From NCBI GenBank assembly GCA_016748015.1, contig JAAOMT010000735.1:124001-188000 (forward strand): 64,000 nt of DNA, read 5' to 3'. The stretch is from Geosiphon pyriformis uo1 (Eukaryota; Fungi; Glomeromycota). The position numbers and the translations under genes were made by a program. Numbering within the stretch: the first letter of the stretch is position 1; each line of letters opens with the position of its first letter. The notes beneath the pieces are model-generated. The model ran no database searches. It was not told the origin of the DNA and saw only the letters and a program-made list of their open reading frames with translations. Positions 60,729 through 64,000 of the stretch are shown piece by piece.

Positions 60729-62670
60729 TAGAATAAAGAAGGCAGTGGAGAACCCAAGCCAGAGCACAAATAATCCAATCTAGCCAAAACTGATCCAATT
60801 GAAGTCTCTAAAGATGTTAACTTAGACTTCAAACCACCTACTTTGTTGGTTAGAATCTTGGAGCTATTAGAACTAAGACTAAGCACACTATTACTAACAG
60901 CAGGAAGAAGAGAGACAGAAGACACCAACACACTATCCAAGACCATATCTGAACCCACACCCATAGCTAAAGATGCAAATACAACAAAAAGGGAAGCTAA
61001 AGTGAAAGATGCCAATAGCACCAAATTGACAAAACTCAATTTTCTCAAAATACTGGAGACTTGGTCAGCCAAAAGCCCCAAAAAACGTTTCAAAGATGCC
61101 AAATAATCATTTAAATCAGAGACAACAAAAGAATTGGAAGTTAATGGAATAGAATTTGCATCTGGACTAGACTTAGCACCAGAAGCAACCAAAAAAACCA
61201 CACTAGAAAGGGAGCTGCCAGCAATTTAGGCCCAAGTTTTTCTACCAAACAAGACCGAATGGACAATAAGAGCCTGCTTTTTTTTATAAATGCCTGCCAA
61301 ACAAACCCAATCCCAATCAGTCACCAACTATTTAATACAAACTTCAGAATTTCCACCCATTGAACACACATCAAAGATATAACCAAATTGTTTATACTTG
61401 ACACAATGAGCCAAAAAAAGACCAGCCCAGTGCAAATTTACACCTTTAAAGACTGAAACAGAATCAAAAGCAGCCAATCTGGATGTCTTATTTTCAAAAC
61501 AAACCACTGCACATCTGTTACAAACATATGAACTTAGATTGTGACCAAAAAAACAAGTCTTTCCACCATATAATTCCAACAAATCTGACAAATCATGAGC
61601 AGTGATACCAATAGAAAAAGTGTAAAACAAAGCCTAATGCTGGTCTTTTAATACTCATAATACTTTATCATTCACAGCCAAAGCCACATGCACCAAATTT
61701 TTTCCCATGAAAACAGATCATTTAGATGCAACCAAACTGGCAACATCTGCTGACTTAAACTTTATCAAGGTTTTTTGCCAAAGCCCAATCAATTGCAACT
61801 TAACAGAAACCACCTTACCAAACTTGGAAAAAACTAATTTTACTGCCGATTTGAAAAGATCAACAGAAATTTCTTTGACAATTACCTCCTGATTCATGCA
61901 TTTCTTTATCTGTCTAATATTATCATTTACTACAATTTTCTCACAGATTGCCAATTCCCTAGCCTTTTTTAGATTCAATTCAGATGTAAAGGAGGATCTA
62001 ATGATCCCAAGAAATTTTGAGGAAGTGGAGGTCTCCCTAAAACCATCAATTTGATAAAAAATTTTTTTGATTGCAATTAACTTATTACTATTTGTTTTTT
62101 CAAACACAGCAGACAACTTAACATCCAAAGCGAATGATTTAACTGATTCAAAGCTACATTTCTTTAGGACATGTAACTTGGCAGATGAAAGCTAATTGGA
62201 TCCAACAAATTTAGGCACCAAGAACACCAACTCAATATTGTTATTACTCATATGGTCAAATAAAGACTGCTTTGGCAGGTTGCCCAGTACATATGTCTGT
62301 GTGCAAGTCTTTTTTGGTGTTGTTTTATCCATATTATTGTCCTTACCAAATTCAGCATAGCTGGTTTCTTTAGTGACTGTGTTCTCCATATTTTTAACAT
62401 CCAAAAGACCACTCACACTACTAGAAACACTGCCAACTTTGCTTTTCCAGGGCACCACAGGCTTAACACTGGCATTACCAATATCTATCAAGCTCAGAAA
62501 GCCAGCAGACAAATCAACCACATCACTGGCCACAGACATCTTCAGCTTTTTAAACAATAGACCACAAAAGTACACACTATTCACATGAGCTTTTTTTTGT
62601 CACTAGACTAGATTTTTACTCCAGCCAAACCAGCACCAAAACTACCAGCAAAAGCATCTATCAGATCTAT
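60728..62670 (-). pseudogene. LINE2 ORF1 (RRM-like region, CCHC knuckle, coiled-coil-like C-terminus)
   Basis: VIVKEISVDL..VFSKFGKVVSVKL (RRM-like); CVKYKQFGYIFDVC (decayed CCHC); heptad-like LKSKLTSLETSIGSVLARL; start ATA at 62670. Confidence 0.78.
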
Positions 62671-62799
62671 AGCAACAAAAGAAAGAAAGTTAGAAGAAAT
62701 AATTAGAAAAAAAACAAGAAAAAGGAAAAAAAAGACTAATTAAAACTTTGATAAAATTTTGTTTTTGTCATGGTCAGAGAATTGACAAGAGAAAAAAAA

Positions 62800-64000
62800 A
62801 ATTTTTTGTTTTTAAAATTATTAAAGTATTTTTTATTTTTTTAAAAACTTAATCTACTATTTAAATATAGAATTAAAAGCTATTAATATAAATATTTACA
62901 CTACTTATTTTTAAAACCTTGACTAAAATATTATTAAATTTTATAAAACAAAATATTTTGTTAATTTGTAATTTGTTTTTAAATTAAAATCTAACCAAAA
63001 ATTAGTAATAAAGTAAAAAAAAACATTAAATTAATTTAAACAATTTTTAATATACTTAAAACAACAGCCAAATATTTGTAAATATTAAAACAGAAAATTA
63101 GTATTAAATTACTACTTTCAATCACATTTTTTTTAGTTTTGTTTACATAAACACAATATTCAACTCATTATTCAACTATTTTTCAAAATTAAAAGACTTT
63201 AATTTACCAAAAAACCCAATACAACAACTAAATTTAATTTATACAAGTATTAATTTTCTTAATTATTTAGTAAAAAACCAAAATAAATAATTAAAAATTT
63301 TAACCAATAAAAAAACTATTTCTAAATTAATTGAAAAAAGTAAAAAAATTACAAACAATAAAAAAATGAAAAAATAGTTATTATTTATATTGCAAAAATT
63401 TTAAAATTTTCAAAAAAAGTAGTTTTTAAAAATAACTTAACAAAATTACAAAAACAAAAAATACAAACAAATAAAATATAATAAGAATACTAAAAAAAAA
63501 TTTTATTTTTTATAAAAAACTATAAGTAAATAATTTAAAAACTTAGTAATACTTTTTAAAAACTAAAACACATTCAAAGTTGTCTTTTTTAAACAATAAT
63601 ATTTTAATTATTCTTTTAAAATATTAAACAAAAACCAATAAAATCTGTTATAAATTATTTTAAATAATTCAATAAACTTTTTTGAAGAATGAAATAATTA
63701 GAAACCAATAATTATTACTTTAATGTTTAAATTTTGGATTAATTTACTGCTAAATTAAAAGACAAATTAATTAAAAAAGTTTGATCATACACTTTAAAAA
63801 ACTTAGTCATTACTATTTTATATATTAAAAATTACAAAATAGTTATAAAAAAAACAAATTAAACTAAATTTATTAGCTTTGTTATTAAAAAAACAAGTTT
63901 AACAATATAAAAAAAAATTGATCAATTAATTAAAAAGTAAAAAATTATTTTACTAACTAAAGTATTAATTATTACAATTATAAAATTTAAACAACTTATT
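62800..64000 (+). mobile_element. Fossil Gypsy G continued: hypermutated gag
   Basis: Colinear with D gag, e.g. aaaacaacagccaaatatttgtaaatattaaaacag vs aaaacaactgctaaacacttgcaaatacctgaacaa; tatattgcaaaaattttaaaattt vs tacattgcaaaaatcccagaattc. Confidence 0.82.

Larger units (their letters stand above)
55918..62790 (-). mobile_element. LINE2: near full-length non-LTR retrotransposon with ORF1 and ORF2 (APE-RT-RNase H), inserted in gag of G
   Basis: Poly(A) at 55918-55926; two ORFs; sharp GC change at both ends; 5' end approximate, TSD not resolved. Confidence 0.9.

Overview
The window is entirely transposable-element DNA; I found no host gene, RNA gene or CRISPR array. It is AT-rich and eukaryotic. 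The repeats resemble those of Glomeromycotina fungi such as Geosiphon, but that is from memory and not verified. It is a nest up to five levels deep of Ty3/Gypsy LTR retrotransposons and RNase H-bearing LINEs, all decayed mainly by C>T/G>A changes. Gypsy copies: A (+, 1-15187, split by B and a solo LTR); B (-, 2256-12534); E (+, 15185-51040, fused to A and split by C); C (-, 20166-50087, split by D and F); D (+, 22599-32474); F (+, 38476-48329); two solo LTRs; and a nearly GC-free fossil G (54866-64000). LINEs: LINE1 (+, 51041-53446), fossil LINE0 (-, ~53450-54865) and near full-length LINE2 (-, ~55918-62790). Two divergent Gypsy subfamilies (B/C/E and D/F/G) share an unusual three-ORF plan. 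ORF1 starts at a conserved GUG with an AUG-depleted extension, then runs Gag-PR-multi-Cys domain-dUTPase-dUTPase-like domain-RT-RNase H and stops. ORF2 is a stand-alone integrase. ORF3 is a ~220-aa non-Env protein of unknown function. They also share TGTTAC...GTAACA ends, mostly 4-bp TSDs, a U5 segment that pairs with the PBS, and conserved LTR hairpins. All coordinates were read by eye.
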